64,000 nt of DNA from Octopus vulgaris (lineage: Eukaryota). The notes beneath the pieces were generated by a model. The model was not told where the DNA came from. It searched no databases and saw nothing but the letters and a program-made list of their open reading frames with translations. The translations under genes were made by a program, and so were the position numbers. The stretch is from the NCBI GenBank assembly GCA_951406725.2, contig OX597831.1:18228001-18292000 (forward strand). Direction: 5' to 3'. This document shows, piece by piece, positions 17,252 to 64,000 of this stretch; position 1 is the stretch's first letter; each line of letters starts with the position of its first letter.

Positions 17252-17557
17252 GTAAGTGTATATTTGTGGCTGTCTACACTGTCGAGTGCTTTCTCCGTAA
17301 ATTTGATGCATACGTAGTTATTACATTGTTTTTATTTTCTTTTATTAAATGTCATATGTCTTAAATTTACATATGCTGGGAGAAAAAATCACTCTCTCTA
17401 TTGTAATATTCATTTATGTTCTGTTTCGCAAGGAAAAGACTGAGAAAAACAATTATACGTTGCATCCAAGCACAACATATGTTACTTTGCTTTCATATCT
17501 CCATCAGATCTAGGAGACTATTGTATCATAATCCAAGCTGGGATAAACGATACAAAC

Positions 17558-35585
<18,028 letters not shown>

Positions 35586-35961
35586 ATAAAGGCCACCATA
35601 CAATGATAACCTGAGGGCCTTATTTTATAGTTATAATTAAGGCTCTAAACTTGTATGTCTAAAATGTGTCATAAACATATATAATTACAGGAATCATGTT
35701 ACGTTTTCTTTGTTCCACACTTTCTTAAACTTACGATATCACCAACATGGACGGAATATAATGTTGAACATTATACTTTAGAAACTACAACTTATAGCCA
35801 CAATTTCCATAATAATATTAACGGTGGTATGGAACAGCTTTTAGTTTTATTAAAATAATAACGCAATGGTACATAAATACGTTCACATACACAACACACA
35901 CACACACACACAATGCACCACACATATAAACGTCTCCACCTTGAAAACGTATCCCACACAA

Positions 35962-36004
<43 letters not shown>

Positions 36005-36006
<2 letters not shown>

Positions 36007-37075
36007 GGAGTAAATCGTAGTTTTTTCTTTATAATTAGTAGATTTTATCTCTACGTTTATTTGTAAGACTTTTCTTAGCCAATGAAATATGTAGATCGTT
36101 AACAGTTATAAGAGTTCTTTTTTAAAGTTAGGTTTCATGTATATACAGGTATTGATAGCATAAATTTTAGTCTTAAATAACTATATTTGTTGATATTTAT
36201 GTTAAATATTTCATAATTGTTTTTTCAATTGATTATTGGTAGTAGCTCTTTTTCCTTTGATAAATATATTAGTAGTATTTATTAGATAATATATAACTAC
36301 GGATTGATTATTTTATTAAGTATTATATTATTTCATTTTAGTTCTTAATTATACGCTTTTTATAAGTTATTAATTAGCCAACGAGATATATTGATCGTTA
36401 ATTAGTTATAGCGTTCTTTTAAGATAGTCTGTTTGTTTACGATTAGATTTTTCATCTTTAATCTTTCAATATATTTATAAGTAATAATGTGGAATTAATT
36501 TATTAGGTCGTTATTATACGTGCATTTATATCTATTGATAGAGATAATTATAGTGATTATTTCTGATATTTATATACATTTATATATATTCATTGATAAT
36601 TTAGTTATTATTCAAATATTATATAAGTATTTGACGTGAAATTATATTTAATAATATGAATAGTGATTTTACTTTCATTCTTTTTTGTTAAATATGTTGG
36701 TAATTAGATATGGACTATAACTGATGTTATATTATTTGTGGGTTACTTACCTTAAAAATTAATACTTAAAAATTAATAATTAATGTTTAACATTATAATC
36801 GATGGTATGACATAATCATAATCGTTAAGTTTATAGTTTGATAATAGAGATTTCTATAAGAAAAATTATTATTTTATTTATTGCTTAAAAAATATTGTTT
36901 AAATAATTCTGATTATTTATTTAAATATTATAATTAACTTGAAGATTGACTATAACCATAATTCGAATTATTAATTGAACTTAAATTATTGTTATTCGAA
37001 TTAGGTTATGGGCATGTGACGATCGTAGTGGTTTTAATATTCATCTTAAGTTAAACTTTTTAATACTTTTTGATA
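36005..37075 (+). mobile_element. AT-rich Penelope-like relic
   Basis: Similar to 23940-24740; truncated at about 10257 in the other duplication copy. Confidence 0.5.
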
Positions 37076-37125
37076 ATTATATATATATATATATATTTTT
37101 AAAGGAAAAAAAAATTAAAATATAT

Positions 37126-37195
<70 letters not shown>

Positions 37196-38664
37196 TGTAT
37201 ATAGAGTGCGAGTGAAAAGTCGCACTCAGCTTCTCGGTAAACATGATCGTCTTTGTTATCTTTCAGATTATTATTGACTGTTTTGAATCTTACGGAGTCT
37301 GGATCAAGTATCATATTGTTCACATTCTGTGACATCCCAACCCGTTCAACAAGATTTTGTAGTCAATTAATTCCCAAACTAGAAATCATATGTTTGAAAA
37401 TTAGTGTTGAGTGCTTTTCTTGTTGACTCAAACTTCAATATGCATTTGTCCCCCTTATTCATTCGAAAACTGGGTTGCCAGTTCTGACTTATGGGGCACC
37501 TAAATATTCAGTAACTTTTCGGCTACCAATCAAACTTTCTTTTTATTTACATATTTGCATTGCAAAAAATTAACATTATCATCATTGTAAAACGATATTT
37601 TACACTACGACGACGATGATGTCACATTTTCTATGTGAGAGTGTGTATATGTTTCTCAGTGTGTGAGTTTGCGCGTTCCTTACAAACGTCAGTTCGATGA
37701 CTGACAAGTATTTGTGCTTCATGGCGTACGTTTGATACACACACATACATATATCTTCGTATATGTATGTTACCGATTGTCAGAATCTATGTGTGTGCGA
37801 GTGTATATGTGATAATTGTTATGAAACGAGCCGTTTTTTAAGCGTTTATTGTAGTTGAGTTCTGGACGCTGAACGAAAAACTGCGTTGACATTTAACTAC
37901 CGCAATTTGTCTAATATGCAGGATGAAGCAACTGGTTAACTGTAAGTTTATAATAGTTACACCAGCCTATTTGAGACAGACAATCTATAGCTTACGGTGT
38001 ACTGAAACACGGTGCAGAAACAAGAAAACAAGGTAATTTATGTAGACGGTATGCAGCATCTGGGAACGATTAGGCGACACTTTGGAAAGCTGAAGGGAGC
38101 AAACAGCTAATCAGTGCTCCGCAAAGATGCTCAAGTAGAATATAGAATTTCGGTTACTATTATAGAGATGAAGGTATTATGAACGCATATAACAAACAAG
38201 ACATCTAGACGGATTGCGAAGGCCAAACACATGGTAATATACAAAGAGAACTTCAACAGCAAACGTGAACAGAACAATACACTTCCCACCATACACCACA
38301 AACCGCGACAACTAAAGACAGGAGATAAAGAGAAACAGATACAAATAGTATCATATATACATGAAAGACAAATATCATAGAATGATACAAGAACAGCATA
38401 TAAATAAGCGTCCAGAATTGCAGAGAAACAGGAGAGCAAGTGTAGCAAAGTGGGGGTGAACATACCAAATATTTGTACCACTAAGAACAACGAGAATAAG
38501 GTATACAAACACTGTTATATGGAGCAAGGTCAGAAATAATAGAGTAGGGATGACCAATCACACAGAAACAAATACACGTAGAAAACAGACAGACACACGT
38601 AGATAGGCGCACGCACAAACACACATATACATATATATTTTCATACACACACACACACACACAA

Positions 38665-38756
<92 letters not shown>

Positions 38757-39343
38757 CGAGCCCGTACCCTTTTTTGTCTTGTATGTAAGTAGATATTTTC
38801 TTTAAACTTGGAACTACTCTATAACACTGTCTCTCTCTCCCCTCTCTCCTACATTTCTCTGCCTTTCACATTTTGCACTCCACTTTGATCTGTCTCTTTC
38901 TCTCTCTCTCTCTCTCTTTCTTCTCGTCCTCCTTTGTTCCTTGTTCCCCTTTTTTCTCTCTTCCTCTGTCCCTCTTTTCCTCTCTCTTCGCCTCAAGGCT
39001 TTTTTCTAATGCGCCAGCTCAAGCTCACCCGTCTTGTCGAAAAGACGCCTGTCTGTGACGTCCTGTTTTTGTTATTATTATCATTAGTATTTTTACGTAT
39101 TTTTGTATTCTTATTCGTTCCCGTCCTTGTTTTGTATACATTCGAGGCTTTCTTCCAAGGAATATAATGCACTTGGCTTAGATTTTACTTTGGGGCTGGC
39201 CAGGTAGGAGCAATTTGAAGATTGCGAGAATGTTCCAGTTCTTGACTGAAGATTGAAGGCTTCGAATGTCCCGTCCGTTGTTTTTGTATAGTCTTCTAGT
39301 CTTCTAAATGTTTGCGTTCTTGTCCCAGTTTGTATTTTTTTAC

Positions 39344-39393
<50 letters not shown>

Positions 39394-39653
39394 TTGCAAG
39401 TTCACACACTCACACACACACAGATCTATACACAGCCTAGCGATGGACAAATGTGAAAAGCGTGCCATCTACATTCTGTAGGAGAAAAGATGATTACTAA
39501 AACAGAAGACGAAAATATGTCTAGAGATTCCCGACCAACATTTCACACGAGATTCCAGCCAGTGTGGTCTCCAGTTGAAACCACCAAAACTGATTTGTCG
39601 GTGTTTATATATCCGGTCATGTACATTTTTGGTATAATATGTATGCTTTCAAA

Positions 39654-40045
39654 GTCGGCGAACTGGCAGAAACCTTAAGGACGGCGTGAGAAATTCTTAT
39701 CAGTATTTCGTTTGTCTTTACGTTCTGATTTCAAATTCCGCCGAGGTCGATCTTGCCGTCCATCCTTTCGGGGTCGATAAATTAAGTACCAGTTCCGTAT
39801 TGCAATCAATCTAATCGACTGCCCCCACCAACACCCCTGAAAAATTTCGGGCCGTGTGATTAGAGTAGAAAAGAATACGTGTGTTTGTAGAGGCGGTGAA
39901 CTGGCAGGACCGTTACGGTGAAATGATTAGCGGTATTTCGTTTGTCTTTACATTTTGCGTTCAAATCCTGTGGACTGCGATCAATCTAATCGACTGCGCC
40001 CCTCCTCCATAAATTCCGGACCTTCGGCCTACAGTAGAAAATAAT
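39654..40045 (+). mobile_element. Two tandem SINE copies
   Basis: Same as 13024-13415. Confidence 0.8.
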
Positions 40046-41519
40046 ATTTATGTTTGCTTTTTATACATCTTCTCCTATTGTTGTATACGAAAATCCTGTA
40101 GTGTGATCTCGAACTTTCACGTGTAGGGGTACTATTATTTTTAGGGTAACTGTGACTTGTAGTGTTAAGCCAATTTCGTTATTTACTTTTTTTGTTTGAC
40201 TGTGTGGTGTTTTACAGCTGGTTGTTTTCAATGAATTTGTCTGAAATCGCTTATTTGGAAATGTAAATTTTCGTTGCCAATTTTAGTCAGTTGTCAAGTA
40301 AATTACAGCTACTTACATTTGGGGCCTTCTTTGATCATTCGAATTTCAGTTTACCTGTAAAGAATGAAAGTAGATAATAATAACAGGAGTTGAAAATAAG
40401 GCATACACGATTTCATAACTTAGTCAGCTTATGAACATTCAAACTACTATGTGCGTATATATGATGTGTGGATTTATGTGTATGTATGTATGTATGTATG
40501 TATGTATGTATGTATGTATGTTTGTAGGGGACGGACGTGTATGTGTATCTTTGCAGCCTTATGTACTTATTGCAAGTTGAATAAGTCATGTAAACCAGGG
40601 CATTAACTTCCCGAAAGGGCTGTCTCGAGATAAGAATCTGTTCCAAAGTTGTTGAATGAGTTAATAAATGATTTGTCAATAAATATGGCATAGTTTCTAG
40701 TGGGACATTGACAAATGATGACAGGTTACACGCATTTTGTTTCTTCTTGTCAATCTTGACAAGAGGCAGGAGACGTTCGGAATTGGCAAACCTCCTATGA
40801 TGTTCAGTTATTATAGCAGTCGCGACCAACTTCTAAGTTCCTTTATTCGCTATTGTTTTTTATCCGTGTTCTAAGTTTCGCACTGTGCTCAAAGTTCCTT
40901 ATATTCGCTATTGTTTTTTCCGAAATACTGAATCAATACACCACATATTGTCATACACGTTGAAGTGAATCTGTATTGCTACAAGTAGAATCCGTGTTAC
41001 ATTTCTTGTAGTTGTCTCGAGCCAGAGTTCTTAATTATTCATTTATTACCTTATCTATTTTATATTACTGATATTATAATAAATTGGAAATGATTAGAAT
41101 TGTCAGAAATCTCTTTAAGTTGATCGTACTACTGAATTTAATGAATATATATATCATTGCTTCAAACTCAGTTTCCTATATATATATTTAAATATTATAG
41201 TTAACACTAGATTATATTAATACTTGTTTTTCATGACCGTAGATTTTTATTTATATTTCAATTTCCTTCACCACTTATATGTGCGTATTCCAATAATTAC
41301 GGGTTCCACGTTGATTATGTGCTCTTGTCGATGTGTATGTGCGTGTGAATACGCTCGTGAGCATTTATGTGTATGTCTGTGTCTGATGAAACACGCTTTT
41401 CAAAAATTTACATATGGAATTGTATGCCCTTAGAGGAAGCACTTATATAGAAGGCCTCCTGCTCTAATTGACCGAATTATTGCCTTTTTTCATTGACTAT
41501 ATCTCCTATTGTGAATGCA

Positions 41520-41822
41520 CAAAGCACAGTGGTTACAGTACTTCACTCACGATCATCATGCAGCGAGTTCGATTCCCTGCTGTGCTTTGTGTCCTTGTGC
41601 AAGACACTTCATGTCACGCTGTTCAATTTCACTCCCCTCGTTTTATGAGTAGTATCTGCAATTCAAAGGGCCAGCCGCTCTGTCACACTCTGTATGATGT
41701 CGAAGATCCCTGTGAACTTCGTTAAGATAACGAGTGTCTGTGGATGGCTCAGCCGCGTGAAACTTAATTTCACGAGCTGGCTGTTCCGTTGATCGGATAA
41801 ACTCTATCCATCGTCGTTAGAC
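41520..41822 (+). mobile_element. Second tRNA-derived SINE family
   Basis: cagtggtta A-box, gttcgattcc B-box, gtgtccttgtgcaagacactt core. Confidence 0.6.
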
Positions 41823-41996
41823 GGAGCGATATACATACATATATAATACACATCCTCCGTCGCATAATACTAAATAATATTCATGCATATATATATAATA
41901 TATCCCAAACTCGAACCATACATACACACGTACACACACCACAATCAGAAACACACTAACACGCACGCAAACACATACACACCCAAACACACACAA

Positions 41997-42044
<48 letters not shown>

Positions 42045-42060
42045 GTATAAGTGTGCAATA

Positions 42061-42112
<52 letters not shown>

Positions 42113-42537
42113 ATTGGGAGAAGTATTTAATATATGGATTTCTGCAGCGGTTACTATCTAGGCGCGTGCCTTTCAGTACAGGTTCTTTTTGACAGGCAGA
42201 CAATTTGCATTCTCAGGGATTCGATACCAAATATAAAGTAACAATAAACATTTCCTTTCAAAGTGACATACAAAAAAATCCTTGTAAGTAACCACTCCAA
42301 CCGGTAATTAAGGCTTGTATTTTAATCACAAAACACTTTCAGTATGTTTAAACCTAGAGACATATATGAGATGCCAACGTTGTTATGACATAGTCATACA
42401 TGTGATGAGATTTACGCATTAAACAAATACTGGGAGAAAGAAAATTCAAATTCATCCGTTTTTGTTTCGACATAGAAATAGAAATAAAGCAAGGAATTTG
42501 TGAGTTTCAATTTCAACTAAAATTTGTTTGTTTCCAG

Positions 42538-42619
42538 GACCTACAAATATTTTCTCAAATGCTTTGAGCGTTGGCAAGATTACTTTCATGGAGTCTATCA
42601 AGCAAATCTTCAGCGCTGG
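42538..42619 (+). pseudogene. Orphan exon-3 paralog of divergent sister gene B (TYKYFLKCFERWQDYFHGVYQANLQRW)
   Basis: Exactly 82 nt, tttccag|G...|gtaagata, same phase as exon 3, with a Y..(Y/F)L.C pattern. The second Cys codon position is TTT. The upstream intron motif gcaaggaat is shared with exon 3 of genes 1 and 2. Confidence 0.7.
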
Positions 42620-44355
42620 GTAAGATATTTATTGCCTTCATTTTATATCAAAGAATAAGGAAAATACAGGGGATTTAATCTTGAATGTCATTGGATGTGA
42701 TATTTAAATGAAACTGGATTTGAGATAGAAGTTTATATTGACAGTGAGTAGGCGAAAACACTAGCAGCTCTGACATAATGTTTACAATTATTTTGTTCGC
42801 ATTTAATTTCCACACACACATTGCTCTGAGTTCAACTTCATCGTTCGTCATTTCGGAGGCGATGTAATCGAGTGGTGCTCTTATCGAAAATTTCAGGATT
42901 TTTGCCTAGAATATAAGATACTATTAACTACTATAATAAAAGAAGGCGTTTCGGCGGAGCGGAGAGGATACCAGTTCAAATACTTAGCGTCATTTCGCTT
43001 GAAGCTAAAATTCCTCACAATTCGAATTCTCCTTTCATCATTTCTAGGTCGATAACTTAACAGTTCTGTGTCAGATGTAATTGACTTCCATCACCCCAGC
43101 AACTGTTGGTTCTGTACCATGATTTAAACCAATATTTCTAAATCCAGGGAAATCTCTACGAATGAAAGTGTTCGTGCGTTGCATAATTTTTTTTTCTTGT
43201 AAACCCACTCGGATACTTTAAACATCATAGTGCTAATATACTTGTTAAATTAGTCACAATAATCAATACGGAGATCGTTCAACCAAAAGGATGAGTTGGC
43301 AGGAATCACGTGATGATGCTGTCACGTTGTATGCTTAAATGGAACATAAATTGTTGCAAGATGTGACATAACTACGATTAGAGGAGCCCAAAATAACTTT
43401 ACCTTTCGTTTTTGCAACCATTGATAACACAATACATTGATTTAAATGATTATAATTATGTCCTGCTTATTAAGATCATTCAAGAAGTTACCTTAAATCG
43501 AATTTCCCTCCATTCATTTTCACCACACAATTGCACTGTCATTTAAGCCCTCAAGATCCAATAATAACCGAAAAGCAGCAGGAAATATTTTATGTAAATA
43601 ATTTATAAAATAATTTGTTTTTAATGCAATTTTCAATTAATACAACTTTCATTTATCGAAAGCAATTTCATATTGCACGTGTAAATATGATTGCAAACCA
43701 CGCTTGAATTTTACTCGAAATATTTTAATATTGATATATTACACACTTATGGATTTTCAATCAGCTTCTTAGAGTAACATTAACTATTTGTAGAATAGCA
43801 GTTTACTATATACTAGCAAACTTTCATTTACTAAAGTCAACGTATAAATATTGAAGCCATGAATCCAATAAGGAATTCTATGTCATTGTGTTTATCAATA
43901 AGCCATCTCGTTATAATATATATTTCAGAGATATTCTGCTCAGAAGAGAATATGCAAAACCTATGCAAGTATAGAAGAAACATCATCCGTAGAGTTCACG
44001 TAATCCTCTGCTGTTTTGAAACCCGCTTTCACTTTCGGCGGCTGAGTAGAAATGCGTTCGCTCGTAGACTATACGATTTGTATTAGACTTGAAGCAAATC
44101 GCATAAATATAACTGTTGCCAACAGAACTGTCGTCTTTGTTACGTATCTCTGTCAAAATGAAACAACTTCAATAAAGTATAAAATCTGTATTTCTCTGGC
44201 AGACGTGCCCAGCTGTTTTCGGTTCGTTGCTATTTCCTTTAAGAAATAATGATAGATAATTCATACAAAATCATATACAAGAAAATTCATGTATGCATTT
44301 CATCAAATTATTTTCCATATATAGGAATAAAGTTTGACTGCTCCTCTCTTCAGAG

Positions 44356-44478
44356 ATGACTTTTCATCTAGCTTTCTTTCTTCCACTTGTGGTTTCACTC
44401 TTAACGAATGCCTGGATAAAGAACTTGATACAATACGGATATGACTACTATCATTTGTCTTTGGAATTTATTCTCTAG
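44356..44478 (+). pseudogene. Degenerate B-type terminal exon, duplicate of 15769
   Basis: Carries the same lesions as the 15769 copy. Confidence 0.6.
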
Positions 44479-45370
44479 AATTGTATATCTGATACATGTT
44501 ATGAGAATGGATAGAAATAAACAACAGCTAATATACGTGTGTCTGTGTGTGCGTGCATGTGTCTGTCTGTGTGTTTGTACTCGTGTGTATGTATGTTTGT
44601 GTGACGGTGACACATTCTAAAAATAACCAATGTGGGCGGTATAAAATGCGTTTGAAATATTAAATTGAATATGAATGAGAAATATTTTATCAACCCACGT
44701 CAAGGCATTCAAAAACTACGGCAAATTGTGCATACATAAAATACTTACAGCCCGGAACGGATCTGAACTGCATTGGAGATAACATCCCACTATCCGGGAT
44801 ATAAATAACATCTGTAGTTCCCAGTGATTGTACTGTAAAATACCCTCAGCTTTTCATTTTATTCCCACGGGGGCCGAGAAACCTACAAAGGAGGGAGGTA
44901 TGTGTATTCAATATCCACAAACGGTTCTAATGCGTGCAATACAAAAGGAAACAACCTCCTAAACACAAACCCATCGAACTACTTCAATCTATCAACGGTA
45001 TTAATTGCATAATGGCTGTATGAGCTCCAACCTTAATCTCCAGACAAAAAGAATAAAACAAAATGGAAGTGTATATTTGTGGCTGTCTACACTGTTGAGT
45101 GGTTTCTCCGTAAATTTGATGCATACGTAGTTATTACATTGTTTTTATTTTCTTTTATCAAATGTCATATGTCTTTAATTTACATATGCTGGGAGAAAAA
45201 ATCACTCTCTCTATTGTAATATTCATTTATATTCTGTTTCGCAAGGAAAAGACTGAGAAAAACAATTATACGTTGCATCGAAGCGCAACATATGTTACTT
45301 TGCTTTCATATCTCCATCAGATCTAGGAGACTATTGTATCATAATCCAAGCAAGGATAAACGATACAAAC

Positions 45371-60692
<15,322 letters not shown>

Positions 60693-61337
60693 ATAAAGAA
60701 ACGGTACAGTAATGACCTGGCTGTCTTATTTCATTTTTATAGTTGACGCTCTAACGTTGCCTGTCAAAAATATGTGTTATAAACATGGATATAATTAAAC
60801 GAATCATGTTACATTTTATCAGTTCCAGACTTTCTTAAACTTACAAAATTATCAACATGGACAGAAGATAATGTTGAAATTTATATTTTAGAAAGTTGTA
60901 CTTTAGAAATGACAATTTATATTCACTCTTTCCATAACGATACTGGTGGTAGTGAACAGCTTTTAGTCCTATTAAGTTACTAACGCACATGGTGCATAAA
61001 TGCATACACACACATACCATACACCACATGTACACCACACACACAAAGATACTTAAACCCCCAGACACTCCACAGACACAATCAATTATATATATGGATT
61101 GGCATATTTATATGTATGTATATAGAGTGCAAGAGAAAATAGCACTCGGTTTCTTGGAAGACATGTTTCTCGTTGTTAACTTGCAGATATTTATTCAGTT
61201 CTCGAAATTATTAAGTTGGGATCATGTATCATTTTCGTCATACTCTTTGATATCCCAACACGTAGAACAAGAGTTTGCAGTCAATTAATGCCCTAATTGG
61301 AAATCATACATTTCAAAATAAAAAGAACTACAGTTCG

Positions 61338-61388
<51 letters not shown>

Positions 61389-62039
61389 AATCCAAACAAG
61401 AACAGGCAAGAAAAAGCAAAAACAAAAGCACGTGGTAAAAGTACTGTGTCATTGGACGCTCAGGAAAGAGAAGAAGAGAAATGTGTGTGCGTGTATATAT
61501 ATATATATATATATATACACAAGCAAAACGCACTTAGACGAATTTGGGAACTCTGCTCCGGACGATAGAGTAGGGGATAGACTATGCAAGTCTATACTAA
61601 ATAAGCAATTGTGCTGCGAAATGTCATGCAACGCAGTCTGCGGAACGAATGCTGTTCGTAACTCCAGAATCTCCTACACGCTTTCTGTGATCGAACGCTC
61701 TCTGATCAGATCGTCTCCGGATTTCTGTGGCAGCACAGATGACCACCGAAGCAGAATGAATGTAGCCGTTCCTACGAACTGATGAGATACAGTCTGTCCC
61801 CAGTAGATAGGTAAAATATAGGAACCCTACTATAAATACAGTCACCAAGAACAAAGAAGACTCCTAGCAAGAGATGATAAGAGTGGACCAGAGCTATACG
61901 GACCACCCAAAACTACGATCAGCTTTACAATTCATGGCCGCATATGGTTGTGCGTTTCAGAGTCACAGTAAGGGCAACATATTCAAGTTTACTAACAATA
62001 TTCATGTGCACTCCGAAAATTTGTTCACTCCGAAAATTT

Positions 62040-62150
62040 CAAAGGCAAAGTCGACCTCGGCGGAACTTGAACTGAGGATGTTGCGTCAGACAGAATATCA
62101 CTAATTATTACCAATTAGGCATGCTAACGATTCTGATAGCTTGCCGCCTT
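62040..62150 (-). mobile_element. SINE 5' fragment
   Basis: aaaggcaaagtcgacctcggcggaacttgaact...gcttgccgcc. Confidence 0.7.
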
Positions 62151-62255
62151 GACCGATGATTCATAGAAAATCACAAATGGTAAAATTCATGTATGCATTT
62201 CATCAAACTACTTTCTGTATATATGAATGAAGTTTCACTTATATTCTCTTTACAG

Positions 62256-62320
62256 ATGAATTTCCATCCTGTTTTCTGTCTTGCTCTTGTGGGTGCACTC
62301 TTAATGCATGTCTGAATAAA
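62256..62320 (+). CDS. Second (B-type) intact terminal exon MNFHPVFCLALVGALLMHV* with AATAAA; either an alternative last exon of gene 2 or an orphan of sister gene B
   Basis: ctctttacag|ATG, TGA overlapping AATAAA; upstream intron motif aaattcatgtatgcatttcatcaaa is shared with the other terminal exons. Confidence 0.6.
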
Positions 62321-62819
62321 GAGCCTTAGACAATAAAGATCTGACTATCATAATTTGTTTTTACAATTGATTCTCTAAAGCTGTATTTCTAATATATGCC
62401 ATGAATTTTGATAGAATTGAACAACCAAAGATATAATTATTTGTGTGTGTGTGTGTACCTGTGCCTGTGTAGATGTGTTTGCGTGTGAACGCCACAATTT
62501 CTGAAAACTACCAATAACAACGACATGGAATTCTTTTGAAAATAATACATTGAATACGAATAGTATCCACAGGCACTTTATTTGACATTGTTCTTAGCTC
62601 ACACACCTGTCGAAATGAGTTTCGACGTCAAATGATTTAAGACGTATCGGTCTTTACCTTATCCTGAGATACCGAGTGAAGGCTGGTATGCATGGGCAAA
62701 ATTTCCCAGGTTTGTACCTCGAAGGGAAACATTTTAACTGTATACTATGATGATTCATACGCGAATGGGCCTTGGACTCTTGATATACAAACAAACATTC
62801 ATATATATATATATATATA

Positions 62820-64000
62820 TTGGTTGGCATCCTTTCTGTTCCCGGCGACAATGGATTTGCGCATAAAGTAGTCTAGTCCGGCTTTTATATTTCATGTGCT
62901 GATACATTTCCTGCTGTGGCTGTGTAGTCCTATCCTGGACAAACACTCCCTCTGGCAGGTACCGCAAATGTAGCGAAGACTGTTACTGGCTGGTTGTAAT
63001 GCCATAGTCTCTTGTTTACGTCTCTTCCTTTATTTCCAGTTCTCCTCTCTCTCTCTCTGTCATTCCTTTGTATTCCCTTTTTTACGGTACGTCGCCATTC
63101 TCCACGGTTGCCCGCAACTGCCTCCCAACCGCTAATATTGATGTTGCAGGCCTTCATGTCCCTTTTGCAAACATCCTTGTAACGTAAGATAGGTCTACCC
63201 ACAGACATAGTACCCCTAGCAAGCTCTCCGTAGAGTATGTCCTTGGGGATTCTGCCATCTTTCATACGGCTAACATGCCCAAGCCATCTCATACGTCTTT
63301 GTGTGAGGAGTGCAAACATGCTTGGTATTCCTGCTTGCCTGAGGACATCTTTGTTGGGGATATGATTCTGCCATTTGATGCGGAGGATTTTTCGGAGGCA
63401 GCGCAGGTGAAAGATGTTTAGGCGACGCTCTTGGAGTGTGCATAGCGTCCATATCTCACTTCCATACAGTAGAGTGCTGAGTACACATGCCTGGTAGATC
63501 TTCATTTTCGTGGTCTTGGTAAACTTATTGTTGTCCCAAGCCTGTTTGGAGAGTTGGGCCATCGCAGCAGCTGCCTTGCCAATGCGTATATTGAGCTCAG
63601 CGTCAAGGGATAGGTTTTAGGTGACGGTGGAGCCCAGATAGGTAAACTTCTCCACATCTTGTAATCTGTGGTCTCCAGTATGTATGTTTGGGATGTCCGA
63701 TGTAGCCTGGCCCATGATGTTGGTCTTCTTAAGGCTGATAGCGAAGCCAAAGTCGTTACATGCTTGCTCAAAACAGTTAATGAGCCTTTGGAGGGCTTCT
63801 TCTGTGTGTGTTACCCGAGCGGCATCATCAGCAAATAATATCTCCTTGATCAGGACGTTTCTGATTTTGGTCTTGGCACGCAGGCGCGAGAGATTGAACA
63901 GTTTCCCGTCACTTCTACTGTGCAGAAACACTCCATCATCTGATGTCTGAAAGGCATGTGAAAGTAAGAGCGAGAAGAAGATGCCAAACAATGTAGGAGC
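62820..64000 (-). mobile_element. RTE-clade LINE, 3' portion (runs off the window)
   Basis: LFADD RT motif, DGKLFNLSRLRAKTK, LLYGSE.W, RWLGHVSRM.DGRIPK.ILYGEL; an in-frame stop is present. Confidence 0.92.

Overview
This is AT-rich, microsatellite-dense eukaryotic DNA, inferred to be an octopus or other cephalopod from its tRNA-derived SINE families and repeat landscape. Most ORF-track entries are microsatellite artefacts or decayed retroelements: R4/Dong-like RLE LINEs sitting in (ATT)n tracts, an RTE LINE, Penelope-like relics with minimal hammerhead ribozymes, mariner relics, an APE fragment and a CCHC gag-like ORF. The main result is a tandem array of small multi-exon genes on the + strand that the ORF track misses. 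Two complete paralogs can be assembled by hand with canonical GT-AG sites, matching phases and identical internal exon lengths (40/91/82/30 nt, plus a terminal exon whose stop overlaps AATAAA): gene 1 at 17558-35585 (100 aa) and gene 2 at 45371-60692 (99 aa). Each encodes a signal peptide, a 4-Cys (CX7C...CX7C) domain, a small-residue linker and a short hydrophobic C-terminus, which fits a GPI-anchored protein of no family I recognise. The window also holds the last exon of an upstream paralog, relics of a more divergent sister gene 'B' between units, and a second intact terminal exon at 62256. Substitutions between the paralogs are strongly biased toward amino-acid changes, and identity between units is mosaic.
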